A model generated the notes under the pieces. That model did no database searches. It was not told the origin of the DNA and was given only the letters and a program-made list of their open reading frames with translations. Shown here piece by piece: positions 38,801-51,500 of a DNA stretch of 64,000 bases. The translations under genes were made by a program, and so were the position numbers. Location of the stretch: positions 31,434,001-31,498,000 of the forward strand of contig OZ024746.1 of the NCBI GenBank assembly GCA_964016885.1. The letters run 5' to 3'. Numbering within the stretch: the first letter of the stretch is position 1; every line of letters begins with the position of its first letter. Source of the DNA: Eledone cirrhosa (taxonomy: Eukaryota).

Positions 38801-39368
38801 TTTCTTTATACATGGCTTGTATAGCTCTCACAAGCCATTCGTCAACACCTAGTTTTCTAAGAGCCCACCAGATAATGGAACGGGGGACTCTGTCGAAGGC
38901 TTTCTCCAAGTCAACAAAAGCTAAGTATATATATCATCATCATCATCATCATCATCAACGTTTAACGTCCGTGTTCCACGCTTGCATGGGTTTGGACGGG
39001 GGTAGTCCCACTTGAGGCAAGAGTGATTGTCTTGCTCGCATAGGACTGTCTGGCAGGTTTTCTACAGTTGGATGCCCTTCCTAACACCAACCACATTTAC
39101 AGTGTGGGTCTGGGAGGTTTTTACCGTGTTGCCTACACGGCCACATTACAGCGTGGACTGTGTGTTTTTTTGTCGTGACACCTACACGATCTCATTTGTT
39201 TCGGCCTCGATGGCGCGGCACCAACATAACTTTACATAGAACGGGGTGGTGTGGATCGGGTGGTGGTGGTGGGACGGGGTGTATTTTGTTAGAGATGCCT
39301 ACTGGCTGGAGTAGGTTTTACTATATATTTAGGTAAGGCGGGTCTTCTCTGTTACTGAGTACCGCCAA

Positions 39369-39427
<59 letters not shown>

Positions 39428-41798
39428 TATATGTATACACATATATTTATATATCATCATCAGCATCATCATCATTATTGCAACCACCACCATCATCATT
39501 ATTACTATTCCATGTCTATTTCCCTGCTAGCAAAGGTTGAATAAGTCATCCGTGACCAAGTTAAGACAGGCTGGTACCTCATCTTGCTTGCATATGTCTC
39601 CACACTCTATGATGTGCATCAGCTGTTTTTTTTTTATTATTGCAGCACTAGCACTAGGGAGGTTGCTATGTTTTTGAAACACTCAAAGAGTCCTTCACAC
39701 ATATTGTTTGGCAAATTTTCTGTAGCCTTCTGTCACCAACTACTTTACAAGGTGTACTCAGTATTTTTTTTATCATGGCACCAGCACTAGAGAGGTTGTT
39801 GTACCATTGACACCCAAATTAACAAACTACAATTTCTCTGCTATATTTTTCAGCTGTGTTGAAAGTGTTTGTTGATGGTGCAGCAAATGAAGTCTACCAC
39901 CATCTCCCTAAAGAATCTTTCCTGCCAGATATAATTACAGGAGACTTTGATTCCATTCAACCAGACGTAAAGGAATTTTATCAACAGAATGTAATTTTCT
40001 TTTCTTTTCATTCTTTTACTGGTTTTAGTCATTAGACTGTGGCCATGTTGGGGCACCACCTTGAAGGGATTTGGTTGATTATATCAACCCCAGTAGTTAT
40101 TTTTTCAACTCTGGTACTTATTTTATTGATCTCTTTTTGTTAAACTAAGTTACAGAGCATAAACACACATGCATACGATGGGTTTCTGAAGTTTCTGGCT
40201 ACCAAATTTCACTCACAAATCAATTTAAGCAGTAGTAGAAAACACTTGTCTCAGATTCCACACTGTGACTGAACTCAAAATCACATGGTTATGATGCAAA
40301 CTCCTTAACCACACAGCTATACCTGTGCCTATATATATATATATATGTATCTATCTATCTAAGGCGGGTAAAATTCCCGAGATCCATGGAGTTCTCTCCA
40401 GCGGTCTCTGTCCCTCATTATCGCTGCCATGTCCTGCGTCTCCAACAGACCAGTGTCTGTCCTTAGGGCATCAACATACGTTAACCTTGGTCTTCCTCTT
40501 CTAGTGTGTCCATGTAGGGGCTCCCAAAGGAGCACTGAGTGCAATGTCAACTCTGGATGTCGGTGAGCATGTCCAGCTAACCTCAGTCTCCTCTGTGTCA
40601 CTTTTATATAAATGATCTTTTCAAAATACACCAGGTGTTATAAGGCTACATAAGAGGTCAACTTTGAAGGCCTCATACTGACCATGGAGTTCTTTTCCAG
40701 GTTATGTTTTATAGCCAAATGTTCTTCCTGGTGCCAAATATTTTAGTCATCTCTTACAAAGTCCAGGGTTACAGAGTACCTATTTTAATTCAGATACACC
40801 CAAAACCCAATTATATACAACCCTTGTTAGCAGAGAATGTAGGCATTAAATTATAATGATGTGTGTATGTGTATGTGTATGTGTATCCTTACCTGTGTGT
40901 CATCACTCATTATCATCACCATTTAATATCTATCCTCCATGCATACATGGGTTAGATGGGTTGCCTCATTATGAAACTAGACTGGTCATGAGACCATGTC
41001 TTGTTCATACCTTCTGCTTTTGACCCTTCCTAATGTCGACCAGTTTACAACATGTACTAGGAGCATTTTATCATGCCTCTGATGCTACCATTCTACAGAG
41101 CAGACTGGATGCTTTTTTCCATAACACCATCACTACCACTTTACAGATTGTACTGGGTGTATTTTATTATAACACCAGCACTACCTCTTTACAGATTGTA
41201 CTGGATATATTTTATTATGACACCAGCACTACCACTTTACAGATTGTACTGGATGTTTTTTATCATGACACCAGCACTACCACTTTACAGATTATACTGG
41301 GTATATTTTATCATGACACCAGCACTATCACTTTACAGATTATACTGGGTATATTTTATCATGACACCAGCACTATCACTTTACAGATTATACTGAGTAT
41401 ATTTTATCATGACACCAGCACTATCACTTTACAGATTATACTGGGTATATGTTATCATGACACCAGCACTATCACTTTACAGATTATACTGGGTATATTT
41501 TATCATGACACCAGCACTATCACTTTACAGATTATACTGGGTATATGTTATCATGACACCAGCACTATCACTTTACAGATTATACTGGGTATATTTTTTA
41601 TCATAGTATCAATATTATCACTTTACAGAATGTACTGGGTATATTTTATCATGGCAGTAGCACTACCACTTTACATCATCATCATCAATTGAGCAAGGAA
41701 GATGTATTGGACAAGAGAAACTATGATGATGATGCTACACTACTCATTGGGGATGACACCATCCTGTTTTCCCTGATTTACAATATGTGTGAATGTGA

Positions 41799-41829
<31 letters not shown>

Positions 41830-44800
41830 ACATACACACACAGAGTCTCACACACTCAAATTTCATAGTCTGCCAACGCAAACATTTATCTACATAGAAA
41901 AAATATCTCTTTTCAGGGTGTTGAAATAATTGAAACTCCTGACCAAAATGAAACTGATTTTACAAAATGTTTGAGAATTGTTTTTGGAAAAATTAACCAT
42001 GTTGAGGTAAGCAGACTGATTAAATTAGTTGCTACTAATTGGGATTAAGCGTTGTTAAGTTCCTGTAGAAACAATGAGATAACTGCTTTTTTCTGTTTGA
42101 GTGACTCATTTGGTGTTTTCACATGTGATATTTTTTCTGGTGCCAACCTCATCATTTCAGCCATATACCTTTGTGCTGCCACAGGTAACAAAGATGGGTG
42201 GAAGATAACCAAATACCAGGTATTAACTGACCAATTCAGTTTTGTAGTGATTGCTATAGAAACTTTTGGTTTCCTTCATTCCTGCACCAAATTGGGATGA
42301 CAGTATAACATCTTAGAAGGGAGCCTTGTCAGGTGGGATGGCAGATGAAACAGAATTCACTGGCTATTCTTCCTATGAACACATTGCTATCTTGTCTATG
42401 TGGTGTAGATGAGGTAGAGTTTGTGGGCTACAGGTGAGATATACTGAGGGTGTAGAGTTTGTGGGCTACAGGTGAGATATACTGAGGGTTTAGAGTTTGT
42501 GGGATATAGGTGAGATATACTGAGGGTGTAGAGTTTGTTGGCTACAGGTGAGATATACTGAGGGTGTAGAGTTTGTGGGCTACAGGTAATATATACTGAG
42601 GGTGTAGAGTTTGTGGGTATAGGTGAGATATACTGAGGGTGTAGAGTTTGTGGGTATAGGTGAGATATACTGAGGGTGTAGAGTTTGTGGGATATAGGTG
42701 AGATATACTGAGGGTGTAGAGTTTGTGGGATATAGGTGAGATATACTGAGGGTGTAGAGTTTGTTGGCTACAGGTGAGATATACTGAGAGTGTAGAGTTT
42801 GTGGGGTACAGGTAAGATATATGAGATATACTGTTTAACTGAAGGTGTGGAGTTTGTGCGGTAGAGGTGAGATATGTGATATACTGAAGATGTAAAATTT
42901 GTTGGGTATAGGTGAGATATATGAGATATACTGTCTAATTGAGGGTGTAGAATTTTTCCCCTTGTTCTTAAATTTTACTTTTATTGAAAATGTGTTGAGA
43001 ATATGGTTCTAGAATTATTGCTTGTTTTTCTTAATGTTTCAGGTGGACAGAATAGTTGTTCTGGTTGGCTTCGAAGGAAGAGTTGACCAACAGTTTGCCA
43101 ATTTCAACACATTGTATGTAGTTAGAAACTTAGGATATGACAAATATGTTGAAATCTATGTGATGTCAAATTCAGACTTGGTCTGTCTTTTAAAAACAGT
43201 AAGTGAAACAAAGCAGTAGAGTTTGTTTGAGGTATGTTGAAATATATGGTTAAAATTGTTTTGGAAAATAGTACAATGTGAGAAACAAAGGAGTGAAAAT
43301 AGGAGTAAAGTAAAAGAAAGCCAAACCTATCTCACAGGAATTTTCTCCAGTGTTTTATTGATAAGGGCCTCCAGTTGTATAAGGTTATTGTTGTTACAGC
43401 TCACACATATGTAGGTTTAGCTGATCATGTATTATGTTGTATCTTATAGTGGGTTTCTTAGATGTTTTAATGACAGGGGTCCCAGTTTTATGAATGGGCT
43501 CGCTCACTCCTGTAACAGACACCACTATATTGCAGAGTTAACTACCAGCTGCTGTTGCTCATTATTTCCAGCTTACTAGCTTAGTGAACTGGAGTAACAT
43601 GAAATAAAGTGCCTTGCTCAAGGTCAGAATGTTCTTCCTGGCCCAGGAATCGAACCCAGAAACTTATGATTGTGAGTCTACTTACATTCATGATAAACTA
43701 TATATAATGACATTGTATACTAATGTCATTCAATCTTGAAGCTTCTTATGGCTGTGTTGCTGTGTGTATCTAGTTTACAATAGATACACTATAGCCCTGT
43801 GTGTACTTGGTTTAGCATAGGTATATTGGATCTGTGTGTGTATCTGTGTATCTTCTTTAGAATAGGAACAATATATCCCTGTGTATATCTAGTTTACAAC
43901 AGGTACACTGTATTCCTGTGTGTATCAAGTTTACAATAGGTACATTGTATCAATGTGTACATGGTTTACAATAGGCACACTGTATCCCTGTATATATCTA
44001 GTTTACAATAGGTACATTGTATCCTTGTGTGTATCTAGTTTACAATAGGTGCACTGTATTCCTTTATGTATCCAATTTACAATAGGTACATTGTATCTCT
44101 GTGTGTATCTAGTTTAGCATAGGTGCACTATGTCCCTGTGTGTATCTAGTTTACAATAGGTACATTGTATACCTGGGTGTACCCAGTTTATAACAGATAC
44201 TCTTAATCTCTCTGTGTGTGTATCTAGTTTAGCTTAGGTACACTGTATCCTTATGTATCTTGTTTAGAACAGGAACAATGTATCCCCATGTGTATCCAGT
44301 TTACAATAGGTACATTGTATCCCTGTGTGTACCTGGTTTAGCATAGGTACACTGTATCTCTGTGTGAATCTGATTTACAATAGGTACACCATGTTCCTGC
44401 GTCTTGTAAGATGTGACTAAAAGGGTTGGTATATTATAAATATATATATATCCCTGTGTGTATCTAGTAAGAGTTAACTACAATGGTTTGTGCTAGGAAA
44501 AGCACCCATCTGTAAAACATTGTCTTAAAAATGACTCCATGATGAGTGAGGTCTGTCATGGGATCCCACAAGGCTAACCCCTGCTTCAGCAGGGAAAATG
44601 ATCTTAAAGTGCTTGTTGTTGTTGGTGTATTAACATTGATTTGGCATGATTCTACGGTAGAACAGAACGGCAGTTGTCAGACCAAATGTGTGAGATCTGA
44701 TTTTTGGCATGGGTTGGAATGGTCATATTAGATAAGTCAGATGAACACATCTTGCTCATACATTCCATTTTGGCATAGTTTATACAGTTTGATGCCATTC

Positions 44801-47126
44801 TTATCACTAACCACAATACAGTATGGACTGTATTAATCCTTTCAATAGCATATTTCTAATAAAAGACAATAAAAGTAATTTTCAAATCATTTTGAAAACA
44901 ATCAAAAATTTGAAAGCTGGTATTTGGAACATAACTTAACAACGGTTCTTACAAAGAGCTTTGTATCATAGAACCAGGGGTAGTTTCAAACAGTTTGACA
45001 TCAAAATGGTTAAATATTAAATAGAATAACTTTTAAAATGATGCAGAAATGTTTGTCCTTTGTTATCAAATTAATAACCCAGACTTTCTGTATATTTAAC
45101 AATTTGTTATATGTATATAATATATATGATTACAGGGAAAGAACATCATTGATGTTGATAGTGAATTCAAAACATCAAATTGTGGCCTGATTCCTCTGGG
45201 CCATGCTTGTAACAACATTACAACATCAGGGCTAAAATGGAATCTAAGTAAGTTGCCTTTCAATTCAATCTTTAGGAAATTTTCTATTTCAAAAACAATA
45301 CCTGCTTGTGTGTTTTTCTTTTTTTCTTTACCCTTTTGTTTCTTCAGGACATTTTACCATAAGACAGTGATTTAGTTAGATGCCCTTCCTGCCATAAACT
45401 CTTTTAGACAGCTGATGGTCAGGTAATATGAACCCCTCAGCAATGCCTGTAGTAATTACTGTTAATCATCATACCTCATGATTCCATACTAGCATTATTT
45501 GGACAGGTCATGGTCTCAGACTAGATTGGGAAATCATGTCTAGCTTATATGTTCCATTTTTTTTGGTGCCATTTCTACGATTGGATGCCTTGTAAACACC
45601 AATCATTTTACAGAGTGTACCGGGTGTATTTTATTATGGCACCAGTGCCATTATATATATAATATATAGTGTGTATATAGTGTATTAGTTGTGACAATAC
45701 ATATGTCCAAACTGTATCACCTTTTGTCTTTCCCTTGGACAACATAAGTGGCATAATGAGGGGTGATGGTATCCATGGGAAACAGCTACCCTACCATGAA
45801 ACATATTGCCCAGGTTTGTACCATGAAGAGGAACTTTCCAGCCATTAATGGTCAGTCATTGCAGCAGGTCTTCAGTAAAGAACCCCCTCCTCATGCAAGT
45901 GTTTTGGACCTCAACTTATATATATATATGTTCATAGGCCACATCATGTACATATATATATTTACAGAAGGTTTTCAGATAAGAAACCACCCAACACTCA
46001 AGCAAGTGTTTCAGACCTTAATAATAATAATAATAATGAAATTATTGTGTACAGTACTCAGGTGCACTACAACTCATCAAAGGTGCATGTATAGTACATA
46101 GAATAATGTACAAATGTCAGGAAAATTAACAGTGTATGAGTCATGAAATACATCTGTGCGTGTGTATGGAGGGAGGACATCAGGTGTAGTGTTGGCGAAT
46201 CTCAGGAAGCATGTAGGTTTTAAAGGATGCAGTGTTTTGACTGCTAACAACTGATGCAGGTAGTTTGTGCCATGCTTCAGCAACTCTGAGCGTGAAAAAA
46301 GGTTTCCGAAAGTCACGGGAGCTGTGCTGTTTTCTGACTTTGTAGGCATGCCCACGTGTGTTAGACACATGGAAATCAAAAAGGTGCTCAGGGTTGTTGT
46401 TGGCAAGATGGTTAATGATTTAACTTCTATTCGACTCTTTCATTATCACATTTCTAATGAAAGACAGCCTATGGCTTCTAAAAAATCAAGAATTTGGAGA
46501 GATTTAGCAATATACCTAACTTTCTCATTATTATTAAGTTGGTGTTTGAGGGTGGTGGATTGGCAGTAACAGTAGAATGTTGAACATGATTTACAGTATA
46601 GAGTTACAGACCTTTACATTCTGAGTTCAAATCTCATTGAGGTTGATATAATTGACTTTCTCCTTTTCCTTAAATTGCTGGCCTTGTGCCGAAAGTAGAA
46701 ACAGTTATTAAGTTGGTGTTTGGAACATAACTTAACAAAGGTTCTTACATAAAACTATGATGGGAGGTTTTTAGATATGCTTAAAAAACAAACATTTTTT
46801 CTTTATGGCGCAGAGATAGTGAGAGCTGATCACAAATTGCTGAGATTCACAGAAATGACAAAGGAATGTGGCTAGTGGAGAGATGCTGTGCTGAAAAAGA
46901 CCCATAAACCCATGGAAGTTTGGATGTCAAAACATTGATGTTGGTGATGAAGCAGGTATTTGGAAGTTTGGTAAAAGAGGGTTAATAATATTTTCTTTTT
47001 ATTGCAGATAAGTCATCATTAGAATTTGGTCGACTGATCAGTAGCAATAATACATATTCAGAAGAGAACAGTATTGTCGTGGAGACAGAGAGCCCCCTAA
47101 TCTGGTGTATGGGGCTGAAATACTGA
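32814..47126 (+). CDS. TPK1: Thiamin pyrophosphokinase 1, six coding exons; start-codon exon not identified
   Basis: Exons 32814-32891, 39854-39990, 41917-42006, 43043-43198, 45136-45247 and 47008-47126 are phase-consistent. They give LILLNQP...HLWQKA...VDGAAN...FLPDIITGDFDSI...ETPDQNETDFTKCL...GRVDQ...CGLIPLG...TTSGLKWNL...LEFGRLISSNN...ETESPLIWCM, the eukaryotic TPK motifs. Confidence 0.95.
33360..37160 (-). mobile_element. Near full-length, disrupted RTE LINE (APE endonuclease + RT + PHD-like finger)
   Basis: GTMNVGTL...DVCCVQD, SAYAPQ, AGDRNGHVG and SQIDYIL (APE); LYLAFVDLEKAFDRVP, GVHQGS and YADD (~34675-34686) (RT); many stops and frameshifts; (TGA)n tail next to (TA)n. Confidence 0.95.
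37183..38925 (-). mobile_element. Young 5'-truncated RTE LINE with a 112-bp tandem duplication in the 3'UTR
   Basis: 307-aa intact C-terminal ORF 37689-38612; RT motif mutated to YADY; ggactgt-bounded duplication 37289-37400/37401-37513. Confidence 0.95.
38935..39370 (-). mobile_element. RTE LINE 3'UTR-only copy
   Basis: Near-identical inverse of 30860-31300; flanked by (TA)n. Confidence 0.92.
39854..39990 (+). CDS. TPK1: TPK1 exon (AVLKVFVDGAANEVY...FLPDIITGDFDSIQPDVKEFYQQN)
   Basis: ttttcag acceptor, gtaatt donor, phase 1-0. Confidence 0.95.
40359..40605 (-). mobile_element. RTE/RTE-X-like LINE 3' end
   Basis: KVTQRRLRLAGHAHRHPE...LLWEPLHG...RGRPRLTYVD...MRDRDRWR; sister copy at 52505-52808 (+). 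Confidence 0.8.
41040..41675. repeat. 48-bp minisatellite derived from the LINE/SINE 3' tail
   Basis: About 13 units of ctttacagattatactgggtatattttatcatgacaccagcactatca; related arrays at ~3045-3250, 19930-20110 and 47385-47825. Confidence 0.92.
41917..42006 (+). CDS. TPK1: TPK1 exon (GVEIIETPDQNETDFTKCLRIVFGKINHVE)
   Basis: tttcag acceptor, gtaagc donor, phase 0-0. Confidence 0.95.
42115..42400 (+). mobile_element. Decayed CRE-clade RLE fragment
   Basis: FTCDIFSGANL...KITKYQVLTDQFSFVVIAIETFG resembles the RLE domain C-terminus. Confidence 0.55.
42410..42952. repeat. 38-bp minisatellite (gagtttgtgggctacaggtgagatatactgagggtgta)
   Basis: About 12 tandem units, period 38. Confidence 0.92.
43043..43198 (+). 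CDS. TPK1: TPK1 exon (VDRIVVLVGFEGRVDQQFANFNTLY...DLVCLLKT)
   Basis: tttcag acceptor, gtaagt donor, phase 0-0. Confidence 0.95.
43755..44470. repeat. ~37-bp minisatellite
   Basis: About 17 units of tgtgtatctagtttacaataggtacactgtatccc. Confidence 0.9.
45136..45247 (+). CDS. TPK1: TPK1 exon (GKNIIDVDSEFKTSNCGLIPLGHACNNITTSGLKWNL)
   Basis: ttacag acceptor, gtaagt donor, phase 0-1. Confidence 0.95.
46021..46410 (-). mobile_element. CR1-clade LINE 3' end
   Basis: NTRGHAYKV...RKPFFTLRVAEAWHKLPASVVSS..TASFK plus (ATT)n tail. Confidence 0.85.
47008..47126 (+). CDS. TPK1: TPK1 last coding exon (KSSLEFGRLISSNNTY...ETESPLIWCMGLKY*)
   Basis: ttgcag acceptor, TGA at 47124-47126, AATAAA at 47138-47143. 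Confidence 0.95.
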
Positions 47127-48220
47127 ACAATATAGTCAATAAATCAATATTCCACCCATTCATTCAACTGAAGTGTTTTTTATTGGTTTATATATTGATC
47201 TCTTAAATTGACAGTATTTTCATATATATTTATCATCATCATTTTACATCTATTTTTCATGATTGCATGGGCTGGGTGGGTTGTCACTGTCATGTCCTGA
47301 TATTTGACTAGTCAGCTGACTGTATCTTGCTCATATGTTCCATTTTGGCATGGTTTCTATAGCTGGATGCCCTTCCTAATGCCAATGACTTTACAACATG
47401 TACTTGGTATGTTTTATCATGGCACTGCCACTACCAGTTTACAGAGTGTACTGGGTGCATTTTATTGTAGCACCACTTTACATAGTGTAATGGGAGTGTT
47501 TTATCATGGCACCACCAGTACCACATTACATAGTATACTGGGTGCATTTTATTGTGACACCAGTATTACCACTTTACAGAGTATACTGGGTATATTTTAT
47601 TGTGGCATCAACACTACCACTTTACAGAGTGGACTGGGTACATCTTATTGTAACACCAGCACTACCACCTTTACAGAGTGATCTGGGTACATCTTATTGT
47701 GACACCAGCACTACCACTTTACTGAATGGACTGAGTACCTTTTATCATGAAACCAACTCTACCAGTTTACTGAGTGTACTGGGTGTATTTTATCATAACA
47801 CCGGAACTACCACTTTACAGAGTGGGATGAGCATTTGGAATGCTTTTAATCATAGACTTGCTCGACTGGGTTTTAACTGGAACTAAACAACCCCATCTTT
47901 TTGATCTTTATTAAATTTAAAATTCCTAACACAAATATATCAGAAGTTTCCTGTGACTTATACTGATAATATTTTAAGTTTATCAACATGGATTATTCTT
48001 GGCCAATATAGAATAGTTTGTAAACAATTTCCTATCTGATTAAAAACCAACTAACTCTAAACTAAAAAAGTATGGATCTTATCAGATCCTCCCCACTTCC
48101 CACTCTGTTGATGTATTTATTTTTAAAGCAACAAGCCATTATAAATTTGCTGTCGTTTGGTTATACATAGTCTACCACATGTCCCTTTGACAGCACACAG
48201 ATCGAATTACTACTACAGAG

Positions 48221-48562
48221 CAGTGGTGCAGGGCATGCAGTCCAATTGCCATGGCGGAACGTGGGGCTGTGCAGCCTTACCCCCCCCCCCCTATAAATGA
48301 CCCTCCCAGTCAAAGCCGCGATTTAGTAAGCAGTCAAAATTCTGCTTGCCCAAAGCTGTCGTGTGTATGTGTGTGTTATCTTTTTATGTGTCTACGATTT
48401 AGTAAGCGGTCAAAATTCTGCTTTCCCCAAAGCTGTTGTGTGTGTTGTCTGTTATCTTTTTTTTGTGTCTATACGTTTTAGTAAGCAGCCAAAATTCTGC
48501 TTGCTTCAACCAACGCAATTGATCAACTCAAGATTCTATAATGCACGCACCCTTCGCCCCTG
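48221..48562. mobile_element. hAT-type MITE with 8-bp target-site duplication
   Basis: ctacagag|CAGTGGTG...CGCCCCTG|ctatagag; three internal ~77-bp repeats (tttagtaagc...aaaattctgct). Confidence 0.75.
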
Positions 48563-51500
48563 CTATAGAGGCCTGACTGAACATTCTGACTTTCGATTTA
48601 TTAGGATTTGAAGTAATTGTATTCTCCTTTTGTGAGGTGAAGTTTTGTTGTATATAATGGCAGAATTGTTAGACTTAACATGTTAGAATTTTTCTTCAAA
48701 TTAAATTTGTTCCATATCAACTCAAACACCACAACAAACAGACTTCGTTTTATATATAACAAAGAAAGGACAGCACACGTTTAGACAAACAAGAAAAAAA
48801 AGGCATTTGATATGAAAAATGAGCTTTTTTCTTTCAGCATATTCCCTTCTCTTTCTATATTTATCTCAGTTTGTCATCTTGTCTTTTCACTCACCAAAGC
48901 CTTGGCAACAATATACAAAGTTGTGCAAATGAGGTTCAACTTATGTTATCTTCCCCTCTCAATCAGTATGTATCTTTATCTAGTTCAATCTTCACTAACT
49001 CTCCATATAAACAGTCACACACTGCTGAACATAACAAAACATTTTGTTCAAGTGTCAACCATTTTATAGTTTTCCACAAATAGAATCACTAGGATAAATT
49101 TCAGTGTTTTCAGTGATAGATATAAGTTTCCACTGTTTTGAATAAATTAGCTTTAAAATAAAATGTGACTTTCTATCTTGGATTCACACACAACAGACTC
49201 TGGTTCAGTTCCCAGCAGGAAACAAAGCTCCACATAGTAAAAAATAAAATCTATTTATTGTTTTTAATAGCTAACATTAGGAAATGTAATTTACCCGATA
49301 AAGAATAGTTGAGAAAATCAGATTAAGTAACACCTGGAAATGGTAAATAATAGAGAATCCTGCATTTCTTAGATGCTGGGTGTGTATTAGCCCCATTTCA
49401 AATGCCTCCTAAGTCGTTAATGATTTTCTCATCTACTATTTATATTATGGTAATTTGTGTTGGAATGCACATATTTCAAATTTTCCCATTGGTAAATTTA
49501 AAGCTACAGTAGACAACTGAAACAAAATACCACAAAGTGTGATTGAACCTGGAACCTTATGATTGTAAAGTGAACTTCTTAACTACCCAGCTACGTCTGG
49601 TTATTTATTGGATTTCATTTATTACTATTTCACCTTTTTAACATCAAACCACCTCTGGTTCTACAATATTATGTTGCTTCTTTTTAAACTGTTTATATTC
49701 ACCTAATCTTCCATCATAATTATTTATGTAAGAAGCTTTAAGTTATGTTCCAAACACTAAATAACGAGAAAATTAGTTACATCACCAAATCTTTGATTAT
49801 TTCCATAATTATTTGAAACTAAGTAGGTTTTTTAAATTTTTATTTCAAATATGGCTAATATTGTTTGCTCACACTGTCATCTTCCTGTTTTGGCATTTCT
49901 ACAGCTGGATGTCCTTCCTAACATCAAACATCTACTGGGTACATTTTTTTTTTTTTTTACACTAACATGACCACCGTGTGCTGGGTGCATTTTTTTGTGA
50001 CACTAGCACTACCACTTTACAGAATGGGCTGGGTGTATTCTATTGTGGTACCAGCACTAGAGAGGTGCTACATGCTAAGCCAGACTGAGGAGTCCTCTCA
50101 GACCCTACAAATGCTGAACACTACCCTTCACACTTTCACCACATTTATTTTTATTACTTGATTTCAAACTCACCAAAGGATTATAAAAAAAAAATCTGAG
50201 AAACTTTTTTTTTTTTCATTTCAATTCTTTTTATTTAATGTTTCTCTTAGTTGTTTCAATCATTATTGTCATCCTCAAATGTGTAAAATATAAAATATTT
50301 TTTTTGTTTTGCATTTTTTTTTAAAAAGGAAAACAATGTCCATTGCCTCATCCAGTTTCAGGGCTAAAATCAGTTTAAATATTTCTTGAAAACAAATGAT
50401 AGGTGGAATGAGTTTTGTGAGGAACTTAGTTTTATTTATTTAGATGAAGATGAGAGAGAGTAATAAAGATGTTTACATTATATATTACACGCATACATAC
50501 TCAGACATATACATATATACACTCCTATTTCTAGTCTGTTTGCCTATCCCTACTGCCAAGCCATTCATTTGGCCTTTTAGCTTGAAATTCTGGTAAGCAA
50601 CAGTCATGCATTTTTCTTCTCATTGATGAAAGTCTAGTTTTCCCTGCTTCTAGCATATTTTGTTGCACACATCATACATGTTCTGCCAGTTGTCTTTTTA
50701 TTTCTAGTACTAATCTTTTTACATATTTATCTGTCCTTTTGTCAAAAGACAGCAAAACAAGACAGGAAAAGTTAGTTATCATCACACATGCATCTCCCCA
50801 ACAGAGCAGTCATCCAATCTGTTGCGCAAAGTGGCATTACATGTGCAGTACCATCTTACTGCATGGAACTGCACTGCCAGCAAGATGGCTGACAAGGTAA
50901 AGATGCAACTATCGTTTTACATAGCTGTGTGCATTTTTTGCTAATATATATTTATGTAGCAAACAAAATTTTTCCCATGATCATCTTCCATACTGTCACA
51001 TGGCCACAAAAAGACTGACCTATAACCTTAGAGACATCAACTTAGAAAATGCTTTCTTTGTGGGAGACTCAGGCGCCAGTTGCCTGAAAAGAAGACATTT
51101 CTAAAGGGTCGTTTTATTTTTACACATTTTCACTTCACTGACTGGTCACTCCTTATGAGAAACATTTCAATGAAAATAGAATTGACAGAAGCCTGACTGA
51201 ACATTCTGACTATCGATTTGTTATGATTTGAAGTAATTGTATTCTCCTTTTCTGAGGTGAAGTTTTGTTGCATATAATGCAGAATTGTTAGACTTAATGT
51301 GTTTGTCTTTTCAAATAAAGAATTTGTTTTATATATAGGACAGCACACACACACACATATATACATACAAACAAACAGACTTGTGTCTAGTAAGTAACTT
51401 ACAGATTACTAATAAAAACATTAAAGAAAAACAAACAAATGAAATGAATAAAAAATATTAAACATTGAGGAAGAAGAAAGAGAGAATAATGTAGAGTTTA

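Noticed and set aside
41033-41692. 219-aa repetitive ORF and CRISPR-like periodicity
   Set aside because: A 48-bp minisatellite with no unique spacers and no cas genes, in a eukaryotic intron.
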